From: Myxococcales bacterium
GTDB taxonomy: Bacteria > Myxococcota_A > Polyangia > Nannocystales > Nannocystaceae
DNA: 64,000 bases
Direction of reading: 5' to 3'
Assembly (NCBI GenBank): GCA_020633295.1
Contig: JACKDW010000001.1
Location: 1,277,828-1,341,827 of the forward strand
The position numbers were made by a program, and so were the translations under genes. Of this stretch, positions 1 to 12,516 are shown one piece after another (position 1 is the first letter of the stretch; each line of letters begins with the position of its first letter). The notes beneath the pieces were generated by a model. It was not told the DNA's origin. It did not search any database and saw only the letters and a program-made list of their open reading frames with translations.

Positions 1-779
1 GCGTCGAACCACACGTAGAAGTACTTCCCCGGGTGGCCCGGGATCTCCCAGCCGAAGTAGGGCTTGTCGCGCGAGATGTCCCAGTCGCGCAGGCCCTTCT
101 CGAGGAAGCTGGTGATGAAGTTGCGGACCTCCGGACGCAGATCCGAGCCGCCGCCCTCGGCCCGCGGCCTCGCCCACTCGCGCACGTAGTCGGCGTAGCT
201 CTCGAGCTTGATGAACACGTGCGGCGAGTCGCGCAGCACGGGCTTGTCACCGCTGACGGCGCTGTACGGATCGAGCAGATCCGTCGGGCTGTAGGTCGCG
301 CCGCAGACCTCACAATTGTCGCCGTACTGGTCCTCGGACTTGCAGTTCGGGCACGTGCCCTTGACGAAGCGATCGGGCAGGAACATCTCGTCCTGCTCGC
401 TGTACAGCTGCTCGACCGCGCGGACATCGGTGTGTCCGCGCTGCTTGAGCGCGCCGAAGATCGCCTCGCAGTGGGCCCGGTCCTCGGGTGAGTGCGTCGT
501 GTAGTAGATGTCGAAGCCGAGGCCGAAGTCCCGGTAGTCGGCGAGGTGCTCGGCGTGCGAGCGCGCGACCAGCTCCTCGGGCGTGATGCCCTCCCGGCGC
601 GCGCGCAGCATGATCGGCGTCCCGTGCGTGTCGGCGGCCCACATCCAGATCACGTCGTCCCCGAGCATCTTGCGCGCGCGCACGTAGACGTCGGTCTGGA
701 TGGCCTCGAGCACGTGCCCGAGGTGGGCAGGCCCGTTGGCGTAGGTCAAAGCGGCGGTGACGAGGACCTGCTTGGACAT
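1..779 (-). CDS. metG: Methionyl-tRNA synthetase, 5' part (gene runs off the window start)
   Basis: Reverse translation from 779 gives [22 protein letters not shown] (class I HIGH motif), then the Zn knuckle [23 protein letters not shown] and [27 protein letters not shown], all MetRS hallmarks. The ORF track misses it because the ORF is open to the window edge. Confidence 0.9.
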   Translation of the reverse strand, partial: [259 protein letters not shown]

Positions 780-907
780 GATGCTGGCTTGTAGCACGGT
801 TCCCCGCTGCCAGCCCGCGCTCGCCAGCGCCCCAGCAGTCGGGCGCGCGGCGCTCGAGCTCCGCGCGCCGCGAGCCGTCCGCGCCCGACATGCACCGCGG
901 TGCGGCG

Positions 908-1438
908 CTACCCGCCTGGCTCGGGCTCGTCGGCGACGGGCCGAGAGCCGCTCGCGCTCGCGGCCGCCGCCTCGAGGTCGCGCAATTCTTCGAGCAAGCT
1001 CTGGGCCGTCTCGCAGCGCCGCTCGACCTGGTTGACGAGCTCGTGAATCTGGCTCGAGATCGCGTCGACGAGATCGGGGAGCACATCGACCGCGGCGTGG
1101 CGCAGGGCCCTCGGCGCGGTCAACAGCGGGATGACCGAGCCAGGCGTCTGGTTGGCCATCGCGGCCTTGTCCTCCATGATCTTCACCGTCTTGATCACGA
1201 GGTGGTACTGCCCGCGCACCGCGAGGTAGCCGAGGTACGCGAGCTCGATGGTCCGCTTGCCGCCCGGGTCCGTCGTCGAGTTCTCGGCCAGCGGGCGCGG
1301 GTGCGTGTACTCCATCCCGATGTTGAGGCGCCCGAGCGCCTTGTCGATCTCGGAGATCAAGCGGTTGAGTCGATCCGAGCCGTCGTTGAGGCGCTTCGCA
1401 CCCTGACCGAGGGCGACCAGTCGCTCGGTGATGGCCAT
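908..1438 (-). CDS. Hypothetical protein (~176 aa)
   Basis: ORF 908..1507. The internal ATG at 1438 is preceded by a strong SD (GAGGAGGAACTCACC-ATG). The protein MAITERLVALGQG...HLVIKTVKIMEDK has non-junk composition. No family recognised. Confidence 0.6.
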   Translation of the reverse strand: MAITERLVALGQGAKRLNDGSDRLNRLISEIDKALGRLNIGMEYTHPRPLAENSTTDPGGKRTIELAYLGYLAVRGQYHLVIKTVKIMEDKAAMANQTPGSVIPLLTAPRALRHAAVDVLPDLVDAISSQIHELVNQVERRCETAQSLLEELRDLEAAAASASGSRPVADEPEPGG

Positions 1439-1858
1439 GGTGAGTTCCTCCTCGCTCCTGTTCAGATCGTCGCCGTCGCGCGTCACGTGCGACTCGCCGC
1501 CCCACATGACGCTAGCGCTTGCCCGGCGTCAGGCGCAAGCGCCAGCGCGCGGTCCGGGGCGCGCGGTCGAGCCACCACGCGCTCGCTGATCGAGATGACC
1601 CTTAGTGCTGGTTCTCGGCGGCCGCAGGGGAGCCCGCGGCGTCCAGATCCGCGCCGGCGCGGCGACGCGCGCCCGGGCGCGCTGCTATGCTGCCCGGGTG
1701 TCGTCGCACCCGCTCCGCGCGCTCGCCCTCGCGACGCTCGTCGGCTGCGCGCCCGCGCCGGGCGACGAAGCCGCGCGCGCGAGCCGAGCGACCGCGAGCC
1801 GGGCGCTGCGGCGCCGCGCGCTGATCCCCCGCGCGCGCCGGGAGACGAGGACGAGCAG

Positions 1859-2677
1859 GTGACACGACGCGACGCGACCGACGCGACCGACGAGACCGCC
1901 GAGACCGCGCCCGACGGCCCGCCGTACGCTGTTGATGGCCCTGGAGACATCTTGATCGCGCGCCTCGTCGAGAACGCGCCGCTGCGCGTCGAGAGCCCCT
2001 CGGAGTACTGCGTCGACGGCACGCTGTACCGCGGCGCGGGCTACCGCGCCGCCGATTTAAATCTGTTTGGAAAGACAGATTTAATAGAGCCGGGCTGGCG
2101 CGGCGCGCCCGTGATCCTGTACGGGCACGTGCGCCGCCCGCTGCTCGCCGCGCTGACCGAGGTCGGCCCGTGTCCGCCCGAGTACGACAACATCCCCATC
2201 CCGCAGATGCGCTCGGACCAGGGCAGCCCGGAGTGCGGGCAGAACATCGGCCGCTCGACCCGCGAGATCCTGGGGCGCCTCGAGTACTTCGAGCTGACGG
2301 GCGCGCGCTCGCTCTCGATCGTCGAGCCCGTGGCGCACGACGACGAGACCCTGACGCTGCGCCTGCGCAACCCGCTCGCGGTCGCGATCGAGGCGCGCGA
2401 GCGCGGCCCGCTGCGCGCGCTCCTGCGCTACGAGGGCACCTACGGCAAGCCCGGCGCCCACGATCGACCGATCGCGCTCTCGATCCCGCCGGGCGCGAGC
2501 CAGGAGCTGACCGTCGATCGCGTGTTCGAAGGCGGACCGCTCGCGCCGCGCGGCCACAAGATAGTCCGCGCCGCCAAGCAGCACGCGCTGTGGTCGCTCG
2601 CGCTGCGCGGGACGATCGGCGCGGCGCGGGTCGAGCTCGAGCTGCCGCTCGCGGGCCTCACCGTCACGCCGCGCTGA
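1859..2677 (+). CDS. Hypothetical protein, possibly a secreted lipoprotein whose signal peptide lies in another frame
   Basis: The long frame-2 ORF has good composition (…YGHVRRPLLAALTEVGPCPPEYDNIPIPQMRSDQGSPECGQNIG…). A GTG at 1859 has a GAGGA SD and overlaps by 4 bp (GTGA) the stop of an upstream frame-0 mini-ORF 1696..1862 that encodes a lipoprotein signal (SSHPLRALALATLVGC). Confidence 0.55.
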   Translation: MTRRDATDATDETAETAPDGPPYAVDGPGDILIARLVENAPLRVESPSEYCVDGTLYRGAGYRAADLNLFGKTDLIEPGWRGAPVILYGHVRRPLLAALTEVGPCPPEYDNIPIPQMRSDQGSPECGQNIGRSTREILGRLEYFELTGARSLSIVEPVAHDDETLTLRLRNPLAVAIEARERGPLRALLRYEGTYGKPGAHDRPIALSIPPGASQELTVDRVFEGGPLAPRGHKIVRAAKQHALWSLALRGTIGAARVELELPLAGLTVTPR

Positions 2678-2695
2678 GCCTCGCCGTCGCCGCGA

Positions 2696-5347
2696 TCAGA
2701 AGTTGATGTTGTCCTCGTACTGCGCGTCGACCGAGTTGGTCCAGCGCGGCAGCTCGCCCTTGTACAGCAGGTCGTAGGCCGCCTTGACCTCGAGCACGCG
2801 CCGCGTGTAGCGGCCGGTCTCGACGAACGGGATCTCCTCGATGAACTCGTCGAGCTCGAGCGGCTGCCCGCCCGCGGCCTTGGCCGCGAGCCAGCGCGAG
2901 ACGTTGAACGGGCCGCCGTTGTAGCTCGCGTAGGCCATGGCCGCCTGACCGTGGAACTTCGCCAGCAGCTCGGCGATGTAGTAGGTGGCCAGGCGCGCGT
3001 TCGTGTCGATGTCGAACAGCGTGTCGGCGTCGAAGCGGCCCTCCTCGCCGAGGCGCTCCGAGAGCTGCTCGCCGGTCCAGGGCATGATCTGCAGCGCGCC
3101 GCGGGCCCCGGCGGACGACACCACGTGCCGGCGGAAGCGCGACTCGGTGTACATCAGCGCCCACAGGTGATTCGGATCGACGCCGCGGACGTCAGCCTCG
3201 CGCTCGAGCACCGGCCGGAACGCGCGCGGGTGCCAGCGCGACTGATACGGGTAGCTGACGCTCGGCGTGAGCCGAGCGAGGCGGTACGGCTCGTCGAGCG
3301 CGCCGGCGAGCGTCCGAAGCTGCTCGCGCACGCGCTCCGAGGTCTCGCCGCTGCGGTAGAGCTTGCGGGCCTCACGGCTCGGCTTGGGCTTCGGCAGGCT
3401 CCAGTCGGACTTCCAGCCCAGGCCGGCGATGTAGTCCTCGTTGCGCGGCGTGTAGCCGCCGCGCTTGCCGTACGCACTCGTGATGTACTCGTCGGCGGCG
3501 ATCCGGAACTCGCGGCGCGCCTCCTCGAGGTAGCCGATCCTGTGCAGCGCGGCCGCCCGGTCGAGCGCCTCGGACGCGCCGCTGACCTCCGCGCGCAGTC
3601 CCTTGAACAGCGCCCGCGTCGCCTCGTAGTCGAGCCGCTCCGACTCGTCGGGCATCGGCTCGAGCTGCGGCAGCGCGCCGGCGTCGAGCCCGGCGTCGAG
3701 CAGCCGCTGACGGGCCTGCAGCCCGTAGTACGACAGCGCCTTGCGCTCGGCGAGCTTGCGGAGCAGGCCCGCGCCCTCCTCACGCTCCTCGGCGTCCTGC
3801 GAGCGCAGCAGCAGCTTGCCGCGGAAGTACTTGGCCTGCGTCGCCTTGCTGTGCACGCGGCGCTCGACCTCGGCGAACGCCGCGATCGCCTCGGCGTCCT
3901 TGCCCAGGCGCATCTTGAGCCAGGCGTCGAGCCAGCGCCGCTCGCTCTGGTAGGCGCGGTACTGCTTGTCGAAGCGCGCGAGCAGCTCGAGCGCCTTGTC
4001 GTACAGCCCGCCGCGGACGGCCACGCCGATCGCCGCCCACAGCTCGCTTTTGCCGATCATGCCCTTCTTGCCGGCGCGCTCGAGGTGCAGCGCGACGACC
4101 TCCTCGTACTGCGCGTCGCGCTCGAGGCAGCGGATCAGGTCGTCGCGCAGCTCGATCCCGCCAGCGTGCTCGTAGACGGCGCGGAAGTCGTTGGCGCAGG
4201 TGCGGTAGTCCTTCTGCTTGTAGGCCGTCCACGCGCGCGAGCGCTGGGCCTGACGACGGATCGAGGGCGGGGTCGAGGGCTCGTCGATGATCTCGTCGAG
4301 CAGGCCGCGCGAGAGCTCGACGTTCTTCAGCTGGCGCGCGTTCTCGGCCCGGATCATGTTCTCGGCCCGCGACCACGGGCGGACCTTGATCTTGCGCTCG
4401 CGCTCGCCGAGCGCGGTCAGCTCGCTCCACGCGGCCTCCGCCTCGGGCTCGCCCGCGCGCTGCAGCGCGATCGAGCGCAGGCGCTCGGCGGCCTCGCTCT
4501 GCTTGCCCGCGCGGATCATCGCCTGGGCGCGCATGAGCTTGAGCTCGCCGATATGCGGGCAGTTGGGGTAGTCGGCGATCACCTTGTCGAGCGCCTTGAT
4601 CGCCCGGTTGGCGGCGGCGCGCGCGGCCGAGGGGTTCGTGCCCTCGATCGCCGCGAGCACGCGCGCCTCGCTGACGCGGACCTCGGGGAGGTTGCGGATC
4701 TTCGTGTGCTTGCGCGCGAGCGCAAGCTGGTGGACCGCGTCGCGCCGGCGCGCGTCGGCGTCGGCGACGGGGAGCGCCCCGCTGCTTGCGAGCGCCTCGA
4801 GGCTGAGCGCGAGCTCGAAGCGCACGCGCTCCGACGGCAGGTGATGGTCGAGCTTCTTCTCGGCGACGAGCGCCTCGAGGGCCGTGACCGCGACCTCGTG
4901 CGCGCCCGTCAGCCGAGCGGCGCGCCCCTCGATGGCCTTGTGTCGGAACCACTCGTCCGCGCCGGCGGGCGGCGCCTCGAGCTCGGCGAGCCGCGCGAGC
5001 GCGACGGCTGGCTCACCGGATTGCAGGAGGAACGCGGCGCCGTCGAGACCTGGCGGCGGGAGCTGCTGGTGCGGCTCGCCGGCGGCGCCTGGGGCCACGT
5101 CGGCGGCGGCCGAAGCGGACGACGCGGCCGCCTCGTCGAGCGCGGCGACCTGCGGGTGGCCAACCTCTCCAGCGGGCCACTGACTCGCCGCCGGCTTGGA
5201 CGCTGCGGCTGGCTGGACGGTTTGCCCCTGAGCCTGGTTCTGATGGGTGGGACGGCAGGCAAACAGCGATGTCGAGAGCAGCGCGCACGCCATCGTCGCT
5301 GCTGTGAAGTACCGCTTGCTCCCGAGCGCCTTGCCGCGCATCACCAC
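2696..5347 (-). CDS. Soluble lytic murein transglycosylase (Slt70 family) lipoprotein
   Basis: N-terminal lipoprotein signal (…LLSTSLFACRP), long TPR-like superhelical region, and a C-terminal SLT domain with ALMYTESRF…GARGALQIMP…ASYNGGP motifs. Confidence 0.85.
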   Translation of the reverse strand: MVMRGKALGSKRYFTAATMACALLSTSLFACRPTHQNQAQGQTVQPAAASKPAASQWPAGEVGHPQVAALDEAAASSASAAADVAPGAAGEPHQQLPPPGLDGAAFLLQSGEPAVALARLAELEAPPAGADEWFRHKAIEGRAARLTGAHEVAVTALEALVAEKKLDHHLPSERVRFELALSLEALASSGALPVADADARRRDAVHQLALARKHTKIRNLPEVRVSEARVLAAIEGTNPSAARAAANRAIKALDKVIADYPNCPHIGELKLMRAQAMIRAGKQSEAAERLRSIALQRAGEPEAEAAWSELTALGERERKIKVRPWSRAENMIRAENARQLKNVELSRGLLDEIIDEPSTPPSIRRQAQRSRAWTAYKQKDYRTCANDFRAVYEHAGGIELRDDLIRCLERDAQYEEVVALHLERAGKKGMIGKSELWAAIGVAVRGGLYDKALELLARFDKQYRAYQSERRWLDAWLKMRLGKDAEAIAAFAEVERRVHSKATQAKYFRGKLLLRSQDAEEREEGAGLLRKLAERKALSYYGLQARQRLLDAGLDAGALPQLEPMPDESERLDYEATRALFKGLRAEVSGASEALDRAAALHRIGYLEEARREFRIAADEYITSAYGKRGGYTPRNEDYIAGLGWKSDWSLPKPKPSREARKLYRSGETSERVREQLRTLAGALDEPYRLARLTPSVSYPYQSRWHPRAFRPVLEREADVRGVDPNHLWALMYTESRFRRHVVSSAGARGALQIMPWTGEQLSERLGEEGRFDADTLFDIDTNARLATYYIAELLAKFHGQAAMAYASYNGGPFNVSRWLAAKAAGGQPLELDEFIEEIPFVETGRYTRRVLEVKAAYDLLYKGELPRWTNSVDAQYEDNINF

Positions 5348-5516
5348 TCCCCCTAGAACATCAAGTCAGACTGAGATCAGCCTAGCATAGGACCCACCGC
5401 GTCCACAGTTTTCGCCAAAAACGAGGAGGGGCCTACGTGTACATACGCGCGGGCGTGCGATCTGATTCAGCGACGCGCGCTCCCTTACGCGGCGATAACA
5501 AATCACGCGGCCGCGT

Positions 5517-5580
5517 CGGGGCGACGCGTAGGGGGGCGACGCGTAGGAGTGCGCGTAGGGGTGCGCGTAGGGGGGCGCGC
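5517..5580. repeat. About 5 direct repeats of GCGCGTAGGGG(T/G) in the divergent slt / beta-oxidation promoter region
   Basis: Read directly: gcgacgcgtaggggggcgacgcgtaggagtgcgcgtaggggtgcgcgtaggggggcgcgc. Confidence 0.6.
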
Positions 5581-5842
5581 AGCGGAGCGCGCGGCGAGAC
5601 GAAGGTGACGCGGTGTGGATCCGATCACGCTCGCGCGAACCTGCCGGCGAACCGCGCAACACCGATCGCGGGCGCGCGAACGCGGCGCGCAGCGACGCAG
5701 CGAGCCCGATCGCCGCGCCGCCGCTCCGGCCCGCGAGCGAGGTGCGTTCTCGCCCCACCCCGGGCCACACGGGACTCATAGGGCGGGCTACAGATCACCG
5801 GAATTCCGCGGTTTCTGGCTCCCGCGGGCGAGAAAACGTTGA

Positions 5843-8302
<2,460 letters not shown>

Positions 8303-8350
8303 CCCGCCACCCACCACAGACGTACCCGTCAACAACAGGAACAACTCGCA

Positions 8351-9502
<1,152 letters not shown>

Positions 9503-10520
9503 TCGCGCTCGTCGTCGCCGTCGCCCCGCGCGACGATCTGCGGGCGGCCCTCGGCGAGGGTCGCCCGCGCGACGTCAGGCCGCGAGTCTGCCAGCGGGCG
9601 CGGCCGCGTATACAACCGACGCGCCGAGAAGTGTGGGCATTCGCGGTCGCGCCGCCGTAAACGCGACACTGTCTCTGGGCCATAAACTGTCTGACAGTAC
9701 ATGCGATTATCGATCGCGCCTCGGCCCGGAATTCCGGCCCGCGCGCTCCCCGACACGAACGCAGATTGAGTGCGCGGGTCACACACCCACAGCGCCCATG
9801 AGGCTTCCAACCCCCTACACGCGTTTAGAGGCAAAATTCGAGCCTGACAGGGGGAATCGGATCCGCGCAGCAGACTCGATCGCAGACCGCGCAACGTGAG
9901 TTCACGAGTCATGTCGACTGGCGCGATCGAGCAACGCAATGGAAAATCCCATCGAGAAAAACATGCGATCACTCACATCTTCGTATGTGCCGGCTGTCCG
10001 GCCTTGGAGATCGCTGGGCGAGGGTCAAGACGCATTAAAAAACGCCTGATAATTGGGCGGAATAGGAGCTCCTGGACGCGGTCCGCCGCGCACGTTTGTG
10101 CGCGCCCGTCGAGCGACGGCCACGCCCGGTAGACCGCGCGCGCCGACGGCGATCCGCGCTCGACCGCCCATCGGCGATTCCGAGAATACGGGCATCACCG
10201 CGGTCACAGGGGCGGATTATCGAGCGACGCGCGCCAGCGCGAGCGTCGGTTAAAACATTGCCCAAGGGACATGTTCGAGCCAACGCGCGCCGCGAAAGTG
10301 ACAGTTCCGCGCGACCTCGAGGTGGCAAAAGTGCACAAGAGCCGCGCGCGATCGGGACTCGCCCATCGCGCGCTCGTGCGCCCCGTAGCGGCGATTTAGG
10401 CGCGAAATCAGGCGCTTGCGCGCGCTCGCGAGCTGAACATCCGCGCACACCAGGCGCAAACTCTACACATTTACGCCCGCATTGCGTCGCGCGATCCGTG
10501 GCGGTGGACGAGACCGCGAG

Positions 10521-10548
10521 TTGACACCTCCCGGGCTTCGCATAGAAA
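10521..10548 (+). promoter_or_regulatory. Candidate sigma70-type promoter: TTGACA, 16-nt spacer, TAGAAA
   Basis: ttgacacctcccgggcttcgcaTAGAAAtgg read directly. The -10 matches TATAAT at 4 of 6 positions. Confidence 0.3.
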
Positions 10549-10554
10549 TGGATC

Positions 10555-10775
10555 AAGATGGTGAAGCGGTACACAGGGCACGCGCGCGTTCGCGGCACCG
10601 GGTCGTCGAGAGTATCGCGACAGCCCGAGGTCGGCGCGCTGGCTGGCTGGCCCGCGGCACACTCTGGCGGCCCGCTCAATCCCGAGAAGGCCGTCAAGAC
10701 CCTTTATTGAGGTCTTTGAGACGAAAAGGCGCAGCATGCGGGTACGGTCATCCGGCCGTACCCGCAGCTTTTTTT
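10555..10775 (+). ncRNA. Candidate small RNA (~220 nt) between a promoter-like element and a strong intrinsic terminator. Family unknown.
   Basis: No coding potential in any frame, inside a 1.3-kb ORF-free gap. It ends in the hairpin GCGGGTACGG-tcatccgg-CCGTACCCGC followed by TTTTTTT (10738..10775). Confidence 0.3.
10738..10775 (+). terminator. Rho-independent terminator (10-bp GC stem plus T7)
   Basis: gcgggtacggtcatccggccgtacccgcagcttttttt. Confidence 0.7.
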
Positions 10776-10803
10776 GGTTCGCGCCGCGGCCAAGCTCCTA
10801 GGC

Positions 10804-12246
10804 CTAGGCGGACGCGCGCGCGCGTCGGGTCCACAGCAGGTAGACCGGGACGCCCGCGAGGATGACCCCGAGGTTGGCGAAGAACGTCCCCGGCTGAGTC
10901 ACCGCGTAGTTCGTGAGCAGGCCGACCGAGGCGACGAGGAACAGCAGCGGCACCACGGGGTATCCCCAGGTCCGGTAGGGACGCGGGAGTTCGGGCCGAC
11001 GCCGGCGCAGCCGCAGCACGGCCGCGACCGCGAGGATGTAGAACGGCCAGATGCCGATGACGAAGCCGTCGGCGAGCTGGGCGAAGTCGCGGATCGAGAC
11101 GAACACGATCCCGAGGCAGACCGAGAGCATGATGGCGGCCGCCGGGGTGCCGTGGACGGGGTGCACGCGGGCGATCCGCTGGAAGAACAGGCGGTCCTCG
11201 GCCATCGCGAAGAACACGCGCGGGCCCGTCATCATGGTGCCGTTGAGCGTGCCGAAGGTGCTCACCATGACGGCGCCGGCGATCAGCGTGACGCCGACCG
11301 GGCCGAGCAGCGCGGCGGCGACGTCGGCGGCGACGAGCTTCGAACCGGGCATGTCCGAGAGGCCGACGACCGTGATGTAGACGTAATTCGCGGCCAGGTA
11401 GAGCGCGACGACCCCCGCCGTGCCGAGGATGAACGCGCGCGGGAGCACGCGCTGGGGGTCACGGACCTCGCCGCTGACGAAGCCCGCGTCGGACCAGCCG
11501 TCGTAGGCCCAGAGCACCGCGATCGTGGCGACGCCGAAGGCCGCGAGCGAGCCCGAGGGCGGCGCCTCGGGGTCGACGGGCGGCGCGGGGATGTCGACGG
11601 GGTGCGACGCGACCATGACGAGCCCGAGGACCACGAGCGCGAGCAGGGCGAAGACCTTGAGCACCGTCGTCAGGTTCTGCACCCACGCGCCGAGGTGCAC
11701 GCCGCGGATGTTGATGAGGCCCACGGCGATGATCATCAGCGCGGCGGTCCCCTGGGCGACCGTCACGCCCTGCGGCGCGAACGACCAGAACAGCGCGAGC
11801 TCGGTCGCGCCGTCGCGACCCAGCACGCGCCAGAGGTACTCCGACGAGGTGATCGAGATGGCGCCGTAGGACGAGGGGCGCAGGATCAGCAGCTGCGCCC
11901 AGCCGAACAGGAACGCGGGCAGGCGCCCGAAGGCCTCGCGGATGTACACGTAGGTGCCGCCGCTGCGCGGGAACGCGGCCGCGAGCTCGGCGAGCGTCAG
12001 CGCGCCCGCGAGCGCGACCGCGCCGCCGACGATCCAGACGAGCGCGAATTGCCAACCGACCGTGACGTGCCCGGCGATCACCGCCGGCGTACGAAAGATG
12101 CCGCTGCCGATCGTCGAGCCGACGAGCACGGCCACCGCGCTGAACAGCCCGAGCCGCCGCGGCAGCCGCTCGCCCCACGGGTCGGCGCCGTCCGGGCGCG
12201 CGGTGTCTTGGGAGGTCGGAGCTCGCGGCGCGCCCTGGGTCACCAC
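10804..12246 (-). CDS. APC-family amino acid permease
   Basis: About 12 TM helices. N-terminal GSTIGSGIFRTPAVIAG is typical of the amino acid/polyamine/organocation family. Confidence 0.8.
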   Translation of the reverse strand: MVTQGAPRAPTSQDTARPDGADPWGERLPRRLGLFSAVAVLVGSTIGSGIFRTPAVIAGHVTVGWQFALVWIVGGAVALAGALTLAELAAAFPRSGGTYVYIREAFGRLPAFLFGWAQLLILRPSSYGAISITSSEYLWRVLGRDGATELALFWSFAPQGVTVAQGTAALMIIAVGLINIRGVHLGAWVQNLTTVLKVFALLALVVLGLVMVASHPVDIPAPPVDPEAPPSGSLAAFGVATIAVLWAYDGWSDAGFVSGEVRDPQRVLPRAFILGTAGVVALYLAANYVYITVVGLSDMPGSKLVAADVAAALLGPVGVTLIAGAVMVSTFGTLNGTMMTGPRVFFAMAEDRLFFQRIARVHPVHGTPAAAIMLSVCLGIVFVSIRDFAQLADGFVIGIWPFYILAVAAVLRLRRRRPELPRPYRTWGYPVVPLLFLVASVGLLTNYAVTQPGTFFANLGVILAGVPVYLLWTRRARASA

Positions 12247-12330
12247 GATCGGGCATACCGCACTGCGGCGCGTTCACCAACGAATCGTCGACGCGCGGAC
12301 GCGACCGTCCGCGTGGGTCGTGCGTGTGCC

Positions 12331-12486
12331 CTGACGACCTTCCTGACGACCTTCCTGACGACCTTCCTGACGACCTTCCTGACGACCTTCCTGACGACCT
12401 TCCTGACGACCTTCCTGACGACCTTCCTGACGACCTTCCTGACGACCTTCCTGACGACCTTCCTGACGACCTTCCTGGCGACCTCG
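12331..12486. repeat. Tandem mini-satellite, 12-bp unit CTGACGACCTTC x ~13
   Basis: Perfect copies read directly in the divergent intergenic region between the permease and the epimerase. The last unit is degenerate (ctggcgacctcg). Confidence 0.95.
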
Positions 12487-12516
12487 AGCGTCACCGATCT
12501 GCTACCGTAGGCGGGC

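Noticed and set aside
2951-5356. 801-aa plus-strand ORF (and 3780..4952 minus, 390 aa) overlapping the Slt gene
   Set aside because: Arg/Ala/Gly/Pro-rich composition typical of out-of-frame translation of GC-rich DNA. Fully overlapped by the recognisable Slt70 ORF on the other strand.
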